A stretch of DNA of 64,000 bases from the human T2T-CHM13v2.0 reference genome, Homo sapiens: NCBI RefSeq assembly GCF_009914755.1, contig NC_060925.1; one strand, 5' to 3'. Under the pieces are notes generated by a model that was not told where the DNA came from, did no database searches, and was given only the letters and a program-made list of their open reading frames with translations. Below are positions 1 through 14,960 of this stretch, one piece after another. Position numbers and translations under genes: made by a program. Position 1 is the first letter of the stretch. Every line of letters begins with the position of its first letter.

Positions 1-254
1 CTGTAGAATAGCAAGATGCAGAGTTAACAGGTATGCTTGGAAACAATAAGCATATGGAACAACATGCACAAGAACAGATGTAATCCTATAGATGGGGTTT
101 GTAGAGGAGGAAAAGTAGAATTCTAAATACAAGCTTTCCTAAAGAGATGCAACACACAGAAGCATATATTGATTTTATGGAGCAAAAAGTAAGGACTTGT
201 AGAAAACTTGAACATATAGATGCTTATCTTGCTTTGTTTTAATATAAATTCTGA

Positions 255-594
<340 letters not shown>

Positions 595-739
595 ACCATA
601 TATCTTGATTTAGAGAAAGTAGATGACTTTGGATGCACGTACCAGAAAATGTTGACTCTCATGGGCTTAACCACTAAAGGACTTTATTACCTTTGGAATA
701 AGAAGTCCCTATTAGGGCAGTATCTAGGAGTGGCATGTG

Positions 740-1100
740 AGGACATCAGCTCTGCTTCTCTGAGATCCCACTGGATCTGTCCTCCTCTGTGTGTTGAATT
801 TGACCTCAGCTTGGCTCCCTTCATAGTGCCAAGAAGGCCACGTTAGTTCCAAGGACATTGAGTTTAAAAGGGCCGTCCTTGATTGTGCTCTTGAAAGTGA
901 GAACGGATTTTGCGGACGTGCCCTCCTCTACTTTCTCTAATGTCATATTAGCCAATAATTGTGTCATGTGCCCATGCCTACACCATGATTGACTTAAACC
1001 ATTCAAAATTTATCCCCAGAGGCTGGGGCCAGCCTGCCTGCAGCATTTGGCTAGGCAAAGGAAGAAAAATGTAGAACCCTAAATAAAACAGGAATGATCA
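740..1100. mobile_element. Possible old MaLR (MLT1-type) LTR remnant
   Basis: tgtcatattagccaataattgtgtcatgtgcccatgcc and atgattgacttaaaccattca resemble MLT1 motifs; by eye only. Confidence 0.4.
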
Positions 1101-1350
1101 CAATGAGGCTGATATCAGAAGGGTTACTGACAAAGGTAATAGTGGAGGATGGAGGCATGGAACCAACATTACCCCAAGGTGTAAAGCTCATGCTGTACAT
1201 TAAAATTCAGTGGCTAAGTTAGTTTAATTTTTGATTTGCAGGTAATCTTAGGCTATGCTGTGCATTTTTATGGAATTAAAAAAATCCATTATTATACAAT
1301 TCCAATTAGAACAATTCCCAAGCCATTGTTTTTCAGCCACTGCTTAACTC

Positions 1351-1653
<303 letters not shown>

Positions 1654-3234
1654 TAACTCATATAACTCTCTTTTCTTCTGTCTCTATCCTTGACTACTAA
1701 AGCTTTTCAAAAATCACATGTGACACAGAAGCTAAACCCTTCTGAACCCCTCCTTTGTCCACCGTGGTTCCTCCAAAGCCAGTGATTTGTGGGTATAGGG
1801 ACGGCATTGACAATGGATGCCTGGGTCAGGGGTAATTAAAACATGTCAATGGCCAAGGAGGTGGAAATCGGTTCAAGCCCAATTAAGGCATTTAGCTATT
1901 TTACTGCTGCATCCTTTTAGGCCTCTTTCAGCTTATAAATATTAATTTAAAGACTACCAACAAGGACAGTAAACGGATTCGAACATAAAACTTCCTGTCA
2001 GGGGTGATTTATATCCAATAAAAGAAGAGCAGGATGGAGAAAGCCTGCTTTGCTAAGTTTATGATAGACAGTCAAAGAGTACCGTCAAAATAAAAAGGCT
2101 TTCAGTCTGCTGTCGGCTGTGTGGGTGTCTTCTTTTTAATAAGCAGCATGCTAGAATTGTATTGTTTGCTTTTATCAGTCCCTTGCACTGTTGAGGAAAA
2201 GTTCTCCTGCACTGCTAATTGAACTTGTACGATTTATAGGCTCATGGCCTGAGCATGGGAGAGATTATTAGGACTTAAAAGATAATAGTGCCAGCAAGAA
2301 AATTAAAACTGCTTTCACCACTTATATTTCAATAGTGCATAACTTTTACCCTTTATACATCCTACGATGGCATAAGAATTTGTTTGAAGGGAGATCTGTC
2401 TTAGAGTCTATGAGAAGCGATTTAATGCCAGAAAACCCTGCAGCTGTCTTACCAGTACTACAGGGGGCCTAACCATGTGAGTCTGAAAGTGACTTTCAAT
2501 TTAAAAAAAAACAGTTTTCTAGATAAAAGGTGAACAATCTGACACTTCCAGATTATCACTGTTGGGAGATATTCTCCATGTGTCTTTCACATGTCTGTAG
2601 ATCCTGTTAGCAGAAGCACTCTCTCTCTTGGCTCTAGACTCCTCTTTCCATGATGTTTGTACAGGGAACAGCCTTAGAAGAGAGAGATGGGGTCGCCCTC
2701 TGGAGCCAAGGCCAGGCTTCAAGCTCAGCAGTCCTCCTGGAACACAATCCACTATGTGTACAGGTGCCACCTGGTCCTCTTCACGTTGCTTTATGGGAAC
2801 TGGGGATCGCGGAACTGATGCAAATGCTGATTCACTGGCTCCTGCCTGCCATAAGTAATAAGTCCAACTTCTTAGCTTAGAAACAGATAAAATCATCAGC
2901 AATGTGAAGTTAGAAAAGTAGTATGTGTAATATTTAAAATAAAAATACTTTACACGATAATATGTCTCTATTTCCCACCAGATTTCCACATTTAAAAGCG
3001 TAGAGTTTTCCTTTGACCATAACCAGTGAGAAGCTAGTATAAAGATGAAGATTAGGGAGGGTTATTGAGGAAACTTCACGTTCTTGAATCTCTGGGGGGT
3101 AAAAAAATCCTCAGCCTTCTGACGAAAAAGATGTTAATAAATGACAGAGTGGCAAAGTAATGTCGCTTCCAGTTCCTCAATTCAGAAGGTTATTGAAATA
3201 TTAAGAATTATTTATGGTAAAAAGAAAACCCCTA

Positions 3235-4230
3235 TGAATAAATAAGTCAACAACCTGAACAGACATCTTATCAAAGAGCATATACAGCTGACAAATAAGC
3301 ATATGAAAAGATACTTTACATCATATGTCATTAGGGAAATGCACACTAAGACAACAATGAGATACCTCTATATACCCATTAGTATGGCCATAATCTAGAA
3401 TCCTGACACCACCAAATGCTAGCAAAGGTGTGGAGCAACAGGAACTCTCATTGCTGGTAGGAATGCAACATGGTATAGTCACTCTGGAAGATGGCTTAGC
3501 AGTTTCTGACAAAACTAAGTATATACTTACTGTAAAACCCATCAGTCCTTGGTATTTACCCAAAGCAGTTAAAAATTGACGTCCACACAAAACCTGCCCA
3601 TGGATATTTGTAGTTGCCTTATTCATAATTATCAAAACTTGGAACAACCAAGATGTCCTTCCCTAGGTGAATGGTTAAATAAACTGTGGTACATCCAAAC
3701 AATCAATTAGTCAGTGCTAAAAAGAAATGAGCAATCAAGTTGCAGACATGATGGAACCTTAAATGCATATTACTAAGTGAAATAAGCCAATCTGAGAAGG
3801 TCACATGCTGTATAATTTCAGCAATACAATGCTGGGGAAAAGGCAAAACTAGAGAGACAATAAAAAGATCAGTGGTTGCCAGGGGTTGGTGTGGGGGAAG
3901 GTTGAAAAGGCAGACACAGAGGATTTTAAGGGCAGTATTAATACTCTGTATGATACTAAAATGATAGATACATGTCATTATACATTTGTCCAAACCCGTA
4001 GAATGTACGAAACCAAGCATGGACCCTAACACAAACTCTGGACTCTGGGTGATAATAATGTATCAGTGTAGGTTTACCAGTGGTAACAACTGCACAACAC
4101 CGGTGAGGATGTCAATAATGGGTGAGACTGTGCATGTGTGGGGGCAGGAGGTATTTGGGAACTCTGAACTTTCTTCTTCATTTTTTTTTTCTGAACTTAA
4201 AATTGCTCTGAAAAAAAAAGTCTTTAAATA
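3235..4230 (+). mobile_element. L1MC1/2-like 3' end
   Basis: ORF2 C-terminal remnant (aaataagcatatgaaaagat...cattagggaaatgca) and L1MC-type 3' UTR (tgtccaaacccgtagaatgtac...tgggtgataataatgtatcagtgtagg), ending in an A-rich tail. Confidence 0.85.
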
Positions 4231-7200
4231 GGAAGAAAAGAAATATGTATGGTAAGTAGAAAGACTAACATACTATTGTATATAAAAATTTAGAAATGTG
4301 TATTTGCATAATAACATAATTTTAAACATGATTTTCAGTAATTTACATAATGTCTAGCTAACTAGGGCTAGGATCTTTGGCAATGTCTTCTGCCTTTCTC
4401 TCACTCTCTATTATCTCTTTGCTTACTATTGCAAAGCACTGGAAAAGTACTAGTGGTCAGGGGAACAACAAGAAATAAGACAATCCAAGCTCTCCATCAG
4501 GTTCACTGTCTAGCAACAAGTGAGACACACACATGAGTTAAGTGAGCCACAAAGAAGGAAGAGGGTGGAAGTGTCCGGAAGTACCAGGTGAGGGCTCCAC
4601 ATGGGCATTCTGGCCTCTGGATTTTAAGTGGGAGTATCTATATGCTACATATTACTTGAAAATTTTACTCCAGGATCTGGTCAATGTCTCAGTGTGGTGA
4701 GATGAGGTCCAAGATATATGAAGTTGTTTCTTTGTATCTATATGACCAGGAAAAACTACGTTTGTACATGGCTAACTTTACGTCTATTAGAAGTCACCAA
4801 ATATTATTAGTTTAGCTCTTATTTCCAACATTCATACTGTCTAAATTTTGTAAGTATTGCTGACTTGAAAGTATCATATCAGTCCTGCTTCTCACAGTCT
4901 TGTAAGTAAGAAATCTCGTAATCTAACTCTGGCTCTGTTCTGAGATCCAGTGGAGTTATTAGGATGAAATATGTTCAGTCCACCAAGAATTTTTTATTTT
5001 CTAGTGGCTGATTATTTGGCCCATTGAAAAAGCTGGAGGTCACACTGTAGATTATATGAACTATTATGCCCATTGTCCATTAGCCCCCAGGTGAATAGAG
5101 TGACCCCCCCCCTTCACTGTCCTCACCTCCAGATTATGCATAAGGAAAGACAATGTCCTTAACCAAGTTTTCTCCCATTCACATCTTCAGATATCACAGT
5201 ATTGTTCCTTTTAGATCATTAAGGGAAGAAATATGCTGAACATTGTCTCTTTTAAATGGACAAGGGTGGGATTTCTGCAAGGAGTGTGTAGTCTGATAAA
5301 ACCCATAATAAAAAATGTTGAGGCTCCCTCAAATTCCACATGGAGATCACTACAAGTTTAAAAAATAACAGAGATGTATTTGTGGAAGGAAACCCTGAAC
5401 AAGGATATACATTTCCTAAAGAGAACAGGATGGTTGAACAAAGCTTTGATGATGGAATTAACATGAAACAAAGGCCCTCTGAGGAAGATCAGTCTGAAAA
5501 GAAATGAAGAATACATAAAACTTTGTTTAATTTATGGAATTTATATGCTGCTGACCAGTAAGTATAAAGTTCCATTCCCTTGGTCCTCATTATCACTCAT
5601 GTATTACTTGTCAGTAAATGTGATGCACTCAGAACATAACAGCTACGGTAATATTTCTGTTCCCACTGCAGCTTTACTACACCCATGAAACTCTGTAATC
5701 TTTAAATTCCCTCACTGTTAACATCTGCTGAAACATTATTGGTCCCAGCATAGCCAAGCTGCTCTGAAATTACATTTAGCAGAGTAGTTAATGCTAACAG
5801 TATAATTCTAGACGCAACCATGTTTGAAAAGAGCTTTATAACTCGCACAATGATTGTGCTTCCTTTAGCTTTTATTTCTTTCATATCTGTGTTGTATCAT
5901 GATCTCATTGGTTTGGAGCGTGCCATTGGAAAAAATAGCATATTTTATATATATTGTTCAGTAAACACTACATTACATTCTGACTTTTCTTATTGCATGA
6001 ACGAAACTCTCTTTTTCTAGCACTTTTTAAGTGAAGTGAAATTCCATTGCAAGATATGATTATAAACATTTAGCAATTTGAGGCAGGAAATTAATCAAGT
6101 TTCTGTAAAATGAAGATATTTTGTCACCCTGTTAAGGTGCTTTGAATGTTTTAAATCGAAATGGTCCCACAAATATGCTAAATAAACAGGTTGTTTGTGA
6201 CTTTTGTTAATTAGAATGCATTCCTTCTATAATCATAAAGTAGTTAACCCCTTTTAAGAAAAATCTTTGCCCTGAAAAACTATCTTTGTTATAAATGCAA
6301 TAATATAAACATTGTATTGACATTACTCTAAAATTTCTCATTAATATATTTTATATCAACATATATTATTATAGTTATATTTACTATTATATAAATGATG
6401 TTTAAACATTTTTAAATGTGGGCATTTATCTGATCTAGAAAATGCTTTAGTAAATTGCTTGGTAGAAGTTAACGATTTTGCTTCCCCAGAGAATATTCTT
6501 CCCAAAACTAAAATACTATAGTTTAATTTCACCATCAAGTAAAAATATGTATTAATAATTTAATACTAAGCAAAATCAGACACTTTTATTAAATTCGAAT
6601 TTTGTTGAAGGCAAGAAGTACAGCTTACTAACACGATATAGAGAGTGGTATTTTTAAACAGTTAGTGAAACATCTGAATATATGAAGGAAGAAAGAACAT
6701 GTTCAAGGGTGTTTATGTGGTTAACTTAAACAGGGTTTTACAAAACTTTCCTTAAATGTACAAGATACCTGCCAAAGTTGGGGCCGTATAATATAATCAA
6801 AGATAATTGTATAGAATTTATTAATATATATGTTGCTTCTTGAATTTTTCTATATTTGTGTCATGTATAATAGTCTGTTGAAGCCAAGAGATTATATTCT
6901 TAGCTATCTCTGTAGGATCTACGTCACAATATAAGCAAGATTAAGTCTTTCCTTATAAAAAGTGTTGGGTTTATCTTTTACCCCTACCCCCTAGGAATTT
7001 TCATCCTCTCTGGGTTTCTTGTTCTTCATGCCAAGAGCAGTTACATCCACTATGCAGAAACCCTCTGGTCAGAAAATTCTTTGCTTTGCACTAGTGCCCT
7101 CTACTTGCTGGCCAGACTTTTCACTTGGGTCTGGCATTCCCTCTTTATTCAGGCTCTCTTTGGCTAGATTTCTGAGTGTCTGCTACATATCTGCCTGTAG

Positions 7201-7945
7201 TGCAGACCCATGGCTTGCATGTGATCTGAAGCTGTGTCCCATCTTCAAGCAGCAAATGTCTGCCAAGCACCTGCTTGCTAGGTACTGACCTTTGCGTGAT
7301 GCTTTACCCAAATGTGCTCTAGGTCTGGATTCCAGATCCTAACTCTGCTCTGATCATTGGCTTTCTTCCCCAAGCCTACAATGCTCCCATCCAAGCTTGT
7401 ATTTCATCACTCTTATTTCTTATTTTTGGATCCACAAACCCAAACTTCTTTCCCTGTACTGACTTTCCATGGTTGATGTGATAAAAACATTAATTTTTAA
7501 ATGGTATTTGGTTGTCTTTCATGGTATATGTACAAGTTTATAATAAAGCTCTAGACAGAGAAACAACAAAAAAAACCCTTAGGTTTTAAAATATATTCAC
7601 AGAGTAATTTACCAGACAAGGCAAAACGTTATATTATCATTGAATATTTATCTTTATTATGCTCATCTCCTAATCTTGTACAAGAATATGCATGGAGGAA
7701 ATCTTATATTTGAGATCTAAGCGGTATCTGATTAATGAACAGCAGTAAATTATAAGTTGCCAGCTGGTTTTCCAACATTCGACTGTAATAATAATCTGAC
7801 TTCATATCTCCTTTTTCTCCTTCCCTTTCCTCATTATTACTGTAAAATTAGAAGCATATGGAATGATATTTATTAAGGCAAGGTGAAATCTGTAGAAAGT
7901 TGAAAAAAGAGACAGAAGAAGTTTATTTAAAATTATTACCTTGGG

Positions 7946-8030
7946 GTGTGTGTGTGTGTGTGTGTGTGTATTTGCACGTGTGAGAGAGAGAGGAAGATGA
8001 AGAAAGAGAGAAAGAGGGATGGGAGAGGAA
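7946..8030. repeat. (GT)n followed by GA-rich low-complexity tract
   Basis: Directly visible. Confidence 0.85.
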
Positions 8031-8109
8031 AAGAAAGAATTTCTCCCTGTTTGTCCTTCATCTCCTTCAAGACTTGTCATCAACAGTTCATGAAAGGGGT
8101 CTATCAGGT

Positions 8110-8760
8110 GACTTAAACAGACATGGTAGCAACAATTATCGTTGTCTTCAGCTGCTACTTTGAAATTCCTTCCCAGCCCGTAGCCCCTATGAAATCAGTG
8201 AGCTTAGGCATCCCTATTTATGCCTCATGATCCCTCTCCAGCTTCAGCTGACTGGACTAGAGGTAGATGCACGACACCTCCTACCACCATCACCACCCAA
8301 GGGGAACTTGATCCTGGCTTGGACTGAGCTAGTAAGGTTGTTGGGTTTGTTTTGTTTCCTTACTCCCTTCTTTTTCTCTCTCTCCAATTATGATACACAG
8401 AAATTGGAACTAAAATGTCATTTAGAGCTGAGGTTACAATTGGAAGCACAGCAAACCAGAACAAGGTAAGTTTAATGAGCAGAACCCAAAATTTTGCCTT
8501 GCAGGGGAGATTAGTAGAGAAAATAACGGTGCAGAAAGCAGAAACAAGCAGAGATAAACAACATAACCTTAGAAAGAGAGATAGCTAGAGGAGCTCTCGG
8601 GCAATTTTCTAGTCCCACGAAGTCTGGCTGTGCCCTCTTCCCAGTAATATATGCTACCATGGGGTTCTCCTCCATCTTTAAAATAGCCTCCTCCTCTGCA
8701 TTGCATTTGAGCTCCTTTAAGTTAATTTCTGTTCTTTGCAACCGAGTTAGCACTGACAAA
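8110..8760 (+). mobile_element. Old ERVL/MaLR-type LTR remnant (LTR16/MLT1-like)
   Basis: Terminal tttaagttaatttctgttctttgcaacc motif typical of these LTR 3' ends. Confidence 0.45.
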
Positions 8761-9479
8761 GATGGCAGTAAGGGTACATCCTCCCTTCAAGGATCACACA
8801 ATCCAAGTCAGATACCAATGGCTGAAAGGGCACATCAAAGATATCTGCTCTGAAAAAACACATCAATGACCAGTGATTCTCTGACATGTAGGCTTCTTTC
8901 TTGGCCATCAGTACCCCTGTACGCCTCTAACTATTTGTTCAACTTTATTGTCATCACCTTGGAGTTAGTAAAAAATCAATTTTGAAAAACATATCAGTTG
9001 CCTATATGCAAATGGCAGAGAACAATACAATATTAATATTTTATACATCATATCTGTTCATGTTTATAGTATTATATTAAATCAGATTAAAATCAATAGC
9101 TAAAAAATGTTAACATGGAATAAACGTTACAACCCATGGAAAGATGGGTAATCTCAAACAACAAAATCAAACCTGAGATCACATTTTACATGGTCTTTGA
9201 GACTACTTTTTTGTTATATTCAGCAGGCTTCAGAAAGAAGACTTAGCTATTTTGAGTACATTGTTTTCTGATAATTTATATTTTAATATTATTTGTGTGT
9301 AGATTTTCCACGTTTTTCCCCCATGTTTACTCAGGAAAAAAGTGCTTATCTAACTCCCTGGGGCATCTAACTTAAGTTTTAATTCACATACTTGAAAAAG
9401 TAATATAAATTTGGGATCATAAAACATTTTTAGTGATATTAACATTATATCACAATATCTGAATTTTGAAACATTGTGG

Positions 9480-9690
9480 AATCAGCATTGTACTAGGCAT
9501 CACAAGGCCTTGGTTCTAATCCCAATTCTATTAAATTATTTATGTCACCCTGGGCATATTTCTATCTTTTTGAGTCTACCCTCTCCTCCCCACCCCCAAA
9601 TTAAGACACAAGAGCACCTACTCTAAGGGCACCTTATGAGAAAAAAAAATCAGAAATTTGAATGTTAAAGAGCTTTATAAATCACATGTC
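9480..9690 (+). mobile_element. MIR fragment
   Basis: ggttctaatcccaattct...tgtcaccctgggca resembles the MIR core. Confidence 0.6.
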
Positions 9691-9994
9691 CTAGATTATT
9701 ATGATGTTAGTAGTGACAACAAATAGATGTGTGGTGTGTCTTTTGTACAGGTGTGAGAGCCTGTACTCACTAGTAAGTCCCGCTGTCTTTTTTACCAGTA
9801 AGTAGCCATAGCATCTGTTGAACAGAAGAGGAAAAGGCTGGATTCTTGATATGAGACAAAACTGACAGGATTTATGAAAGGTTAACTATGGACCATAAGA
9901 AAAAGCAAGGAATCAAAACTAAACAATAGTTGACAGTCATTCCTTCAACAGCCACCTCAACAGTATCTTCCATAGAATGCTCCCACAAATTCTA

Positions 9995-10300
9995 TTTGTT
10001 AATTTAACAAATGTTTATGGAGCACCAACTTTGTATTCCATGCTCTGCTTACACTTGGGTATAAATCAGAAAATAAAACACAGTTCCAACTCTCAAGAAC
10101 TATGAGTTTACTGGAAGAGACAATCAATTACCATACAATGAGGGAAAATCGTGTTGCACAGAGAAGAAGTATCTAACACAACTGTTACCCACAGGAAGGT
10201 GAGAGCTAAAGATAGGCTTTGTGGAAGCCAGAGAAAAAGACAGAGGAGCATTGGAGGGAGAAGGAACCCTATGTGTTCTCCTAGGACTTGCAATTTGTTC
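9995..10300 (-). mobile_element. L2 3'-end fragment
   Basis: tttaacaaatgtttatggagcaccaactttgt...aataaaacacagttccaactctcaagaact. Confidence 0.65.
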
Positions 10301-10630
10301 TGCAGAACAAGGCATACGTGTGCATATCAGACTTTACAGAAGTTTGAAGATATGGAGGGATTTCTATTGCAGCAAAACAAAACTCGAACATTACAAATCC
10401 CTATTATTAACAGTCTCTGTGCCATATTGCTTGCAATGATTGGCCTTCACTCACATCTCATTCTCTTCAACCCTTCTCAGACCCTATCTCTATTTCATAA
10501 TCCCCATATTTACCATTTCTTATGCAAAGTAACTTATCTGTGTTTAGCTCCTGCCCCACCCCCCCATATTCAATTCAGCATTTTCAGAGATAGATGAGGC
10601 CATGACAGAAGCTTTAAAAATATGTCTGTA

Positions 10631-10933
10631 GGCCAGGCACTATGGCTCACACCTGTAATCCCAGCACTTTAGGAGGCAAATTGGAAGGAAGATCGCTTGA
10701 ACCCAGGAGTTCAAGACCAGCCTGGGCAAGAGAGTGAGACCTGGTCTCTACTAAAAATAAAAATTTAAAAAAATTAGCCGGGTGTAGTGGCACATGCCTG
10801 TAGTCCCAGTTACTTGGGAGGCTGAGGCAGGAGGATCACTTAGCCCAGGAGTTCGAGCTTGCAGTGAGCTATGATGGTGCCACTTCACTTCAGTGTAGAG
10901 AGTGAGACCCTGTCTCAAAAAAAAAAAAAAAAA
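10631..10933 (+). mobile_element. Alu (AluJ-like)
   Basis: ggccaggcac...tgtaatcccagcact...gagaccctgtctc followed by an A tail. Confidence 0.94.
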
Positions 10934-11869
10934 GTTTGTAAGTGACCTTCTCTAACTCATCTGTAAGCAAAATTTCTTCCTCAATGGTGGTTTCTATTTC
11001 TCCAGTTACATATTCGTTTAAATGTTTTGCATACCATAGAAGAAAGCAGTCCAATCAATTTGTTCTAATTGTCTTTTATACTCTATTGTGACTTTTTTAT
11101 AAAATGTGTTTTAGGCTGAGAAAAACACTTTTTAAAAATATTTGGAGAAGGATTAGAATTAAGTGGAAAGTTAAAGAAAAGCCATCTTGTGTATGTACTA
11201 AAAGTCACTCTGGGGCATGTTTTAGGAGCCCATTAATATATGCAGCAAGCGGTTGAATGTATCAAGTTTTAATTCCAAGGCAAATGTTAATGGAGCACCA
11301 AAATATGCCCTGTTCGGTCTTAATGCTGAATTTTAGTATGATAATACCTGCAATGACACCTAAATTAGGATAGAAGCCCCAACTGACTGTTAGTGAAGTT
11401 TTCAAAACATGGCAATTTATTGATTACATATGTCAAATTCCATTGACAAAATCTATTTTTTCACATACAGTAATAAAAATTGGCTCAAGTTTAAAATAAT
11501 CTGATAGCACCCATTATGCAATGCTTCACTCATAAATACTAAATAATCAAATTGGGCATGAAGCCAGCAAAAGGGAACTCCTTCTGTCAGTTCGGAAAAG
11601 ATTACTTTAAAATATTTGACTGTCTTACTTAAATGGGCTAAAAATGTACAAGACAAAAAGCAATCACATAAACCAACCATAAAGAGAAATAATTTTAAGA
11701 TAATATCTAGTGTCATTAAAAATTTACATACCTATTTTTAAAATTGATGCTTAGAACTGATTCAATAGTTACCTTGCTTTATTATTAATAAACAGAATGA
11801 AATGTGAATATAAAATATAAATGTAAAATAAGAAAATATCTAATATTCTTTACATTTTAGCCTGCATCT

Positions 11870-11945
11870 GTAAGATTGTAGCAGCACATATGAGGCACTT
11901 GATAAGTATTTGTTGAATGAATAAATGATTGGATGAATGACCATG
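11870..11945 (+). mobile_element. L2 3' terminus
   Basis: ggcacttgataagtatttgttgaatgaataaatga. Confidence 0.65.
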
Positions 11946-12369
11946 GAGATTAAATGTCTTATCAGAAAATAAGTACCCATAGAACCATTCCTCTCTTGTT
12001 TATAGACATTTATTTTGCATTTCCTATATATAAGCACTATGTCCAGTTGGGAACTTGGGACCTGGTCCCTCTCCTTGAGGAACTCAGCATGTCATTGGTA
12101 GGAAATGTAAAGATTTGATATTTTAAGAATTTCTATAACTGAGTACAGCATGTACTATAATTTGCAGAAAAAGATAGTCAAAGGAGCGTGAATAATGACC
12201 ACCCTCTGGATGTGTTCACTTTGGCCAATCTAGGAAAATAATGATAGTAGATATCTAGCTTTCTATAGACAGCAAATTTCATGGATATGCCAATGACCAG
12301 ATGAGTTTTATACTTGTAAAAAGGCACATTTAGAATGATTCAAATCACATTGCCATTGGTCTGCTCAAA

Positions 12370-13770
12370 TCTTAAATGTTAGCATTCTTCAGGGCCTGTC
12401 CTTAGAGATCCTTTTTCTGAGAAATAGTTGTTCCATGGTTTCTGCTAGCTCCCATTTGCTAAGGCCCAAATCTCCATTTCCAATACAGACTTCCCCACTG
12501 AGCTCCAGACCTGAACAAGTCCTAGATGGCACCACTTGGACACCCCACAACCATCTCTAATTCAATATTCCTAAAGCGAGTTCAGGTTAAGATACCAAAT
12601 TCACACAACATGTTTTCTGTCAAGAATGAAGAAAGAGTGCTAATAGACACAGAGTTTCTTTTGGGGTGATGGAAATTTTCAGGAATTAGTAGTAATGGTT
12701 GTACAAGAGTGGATTTTATTGCATGTAAACTATATCTCAATCGAAAAAAAGAAAAATGATTACCAACCTGCTCCTATGTTAATATTCCCTGTTACAAGAG
12801 GTGCCACCATCAACTACCCACTTTGGAATCTTGGGGCACAGTTCAAGTCTGATGCTTCATTATATTCTCAGGGCCTGGTTCTGTGCCTAACTCATAACAC
12901 AAAAATAATATAGTCCAAACAGTAATAATGAACAATTACACTTTGTTGTGTTGAACAGATAGATTTTAAAACCAATCTTAAACTTACTCTTTTCGTTACC
13001 CTCCATGTCGAATCAGTCTGCAAGTCCCACAGTCACTGTGTCTGTAGAAAATCCAACTCCTCCTCACTGTCATCAGGATGGTTGCCTACATTCTGGATCT
13101 TGTCATTCTAGATCTTATCTTCTCTATGTACTTTCCCCCACACTCATAATATTACAAAACAATAATTTTATTTAAAATTGATTCCCAATTGGTTTCCCTT
13201 ACTTCAAGTCTTCTACTCCTCTAATCCCATCTCCACTGCTGCCTAAGTTGCCTAAGATTCAAATTGGATCGTATTTGTGTCTTACTTGATATTTTCAGTG
13301 ATTCTCCATTGTCTACAAACTCTAGTGAGAGTGAAATTCCTCAAGATGCATGCATGAGTATTTGCCTTGACCCATACAACTCACTGTACTTCCACTCCAT
13401 CCATCTTCCGGTCCCGTATATTTTCCTTCTGTCCCCTTCTCTCAGATAGTATTGATAATTTTTTCCTTATGCTCCTACTCTATCCAGTATACACACATGT
13501 GATGGGATCTAGGAGCCTCCATTGTACTTTTTTTCACTTATAATCTGTCTCCATGAATATACTTAAAGCCCATTGATGGCTAGGATCAGGCTTAACACAG
13601 TATCTACAGAGTGACAATGTGTCCTGTGGAAAAATTAAATTTCAAAGCTCTTAGAGATGATACTTTGGCTCCACTATCCCTGCCATTCAGCACTCACATC
13701 AGATGCCGCAAGTATATATTACATATATTGGGTCATAGATAACACTTAAATAAATATTTGGAAAATGATC
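12370..13770 (+). mobile_element. Fragmented L2 with a short L1M piece (~12640-12755)
   Basis: cccaaatctccatttccaatacagacttccccactgagctccagac (L2); gagtttcttttggggtgatggaaattttc...tatatctcaa (L1M 3' end). Confidence 0.55.
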
Positions 13771-14109
13771 TAGTGTTAATTATTTCTGTTTTTCTCTATT
13801 CTGTTGCTTTCTCTCCCATATTTTACTACAGTCGCTCACTTAGAGAAGAGCTGTACCATGGAGAAAAGAGAAAAACATGCAAATGACAGAGTTTTCCCAG
13901 CCTAATTATACCAGTGGAGTGGGGTAGGGCAGCTATTTTAAACTGAGAGTAATTTGGGGGTCACTTGTAGATTTGTGTTATTCCTGCTATCTCTCAGTGT
14001 GAGTTATCTTCAGTCATTTGTTTATGCCTTTGACTTCAAAATTAGTCATTTATTGAAGTTGCCTTGGGACCAAACACAGAATCTAAAGATGGATTAATAA
14101 TTAAATACA

Positions 14110-14396
14110 TGCTAGGTGCGGTAGCTCACACCTATAATTCTAGCACTCTGGGCGGATTGCTTGAGCCCATGAGTTTGAGACCAACCTTGGCAACATGGCG
14201 AAACCCAGTCAATACAAAAAATACAAAAATTAGCTGGGCATAGTGGTACACACCTGTAGTCCCAGCTACTTGGGAAGCTGAAAGGTGAGAGGATCACTTG
14301 ATCCCAGGAGGTGGAGGCTGCAGTGAACCAAGATCACACCACTGTACTCCAGCCTGGGTGACACAGCAAGACCCTGCCTCAAAAAAAAAAAAAAAA
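14110..14396 (+). mobile_element. Alu (AluJ-like), small left-arm deletion
   Basis: Alu consensus similarity and poly(A) tail. Confidence 0.93.
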
Positions 14397-14769
14397 TCAA
14401 ATATAGTCAAGGCAAAAATAGCATGGGCATAAAACACTGTGCTTAATAACAAGTTTTGTCAGTGAAGATGATATTTAATAAGGGACGAGAATTCCTGATA
14501 CTCAGAGTTATGATGAAACTGGTCAGAAATAGAACACTGTGGTTTTACTATACTTACTTTCAGCAGGCACTTAATGGGAGTTTCTCAGTGTATTTTTCCA
14601 AATCAAGATATTGAATGGAATGAACAAGAATACTCAATTTTAAGGCTATTGATTCTTTACCAATTCCTCAGTTAAATAAAAGGTCCCCAGGAGAAGAAAA
14701 GCTGGCCATCGCCACTCTCAGTTTTATCCATTATTCCATTATTATAAGTCATTCCCATTACTGGCAGAA

Positions 14770-14960
14770 TCCTCAATCATTTATTTATTGATTAAAAAGA
14801 CATTTTCTTTGAGTACCTACTATGTGCCAGATACTTCCCAGGTATCCCCCTTCCCTCTACCCCCCCAAAAAACAGAAAGAAAAGTAGAGAAAAATGGAAT
14901 ATTTTCCTTGCCTTTAAGAATCCCACAGTCTAGTTGGTAAACAGTTTTTAGTTTTCCTTC
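14770..14960 (-). mobile_element. L2 fragment
   Basis: ttgagtacctactatgtgccagatact...ccttgcctttaagaatcccacagtctagttgg. Confidence 0.65.

Noticed and set aside
2450-2472. CTCF-like actacagggggcc (also gccagaggggc at ~38498)
   Set aside because: Multiple mismatches at the most constrained 5' core positions.
2519-2989. 156-aa minus-strand ORF
   Set aside because: Non-ATG start, no recognisable domain and no exon-like context; consistent with chance.
10151-10597. 148-aa plus-strand ORF
   Set aside because: Overlaps an L2 remnant; no domain similarity.
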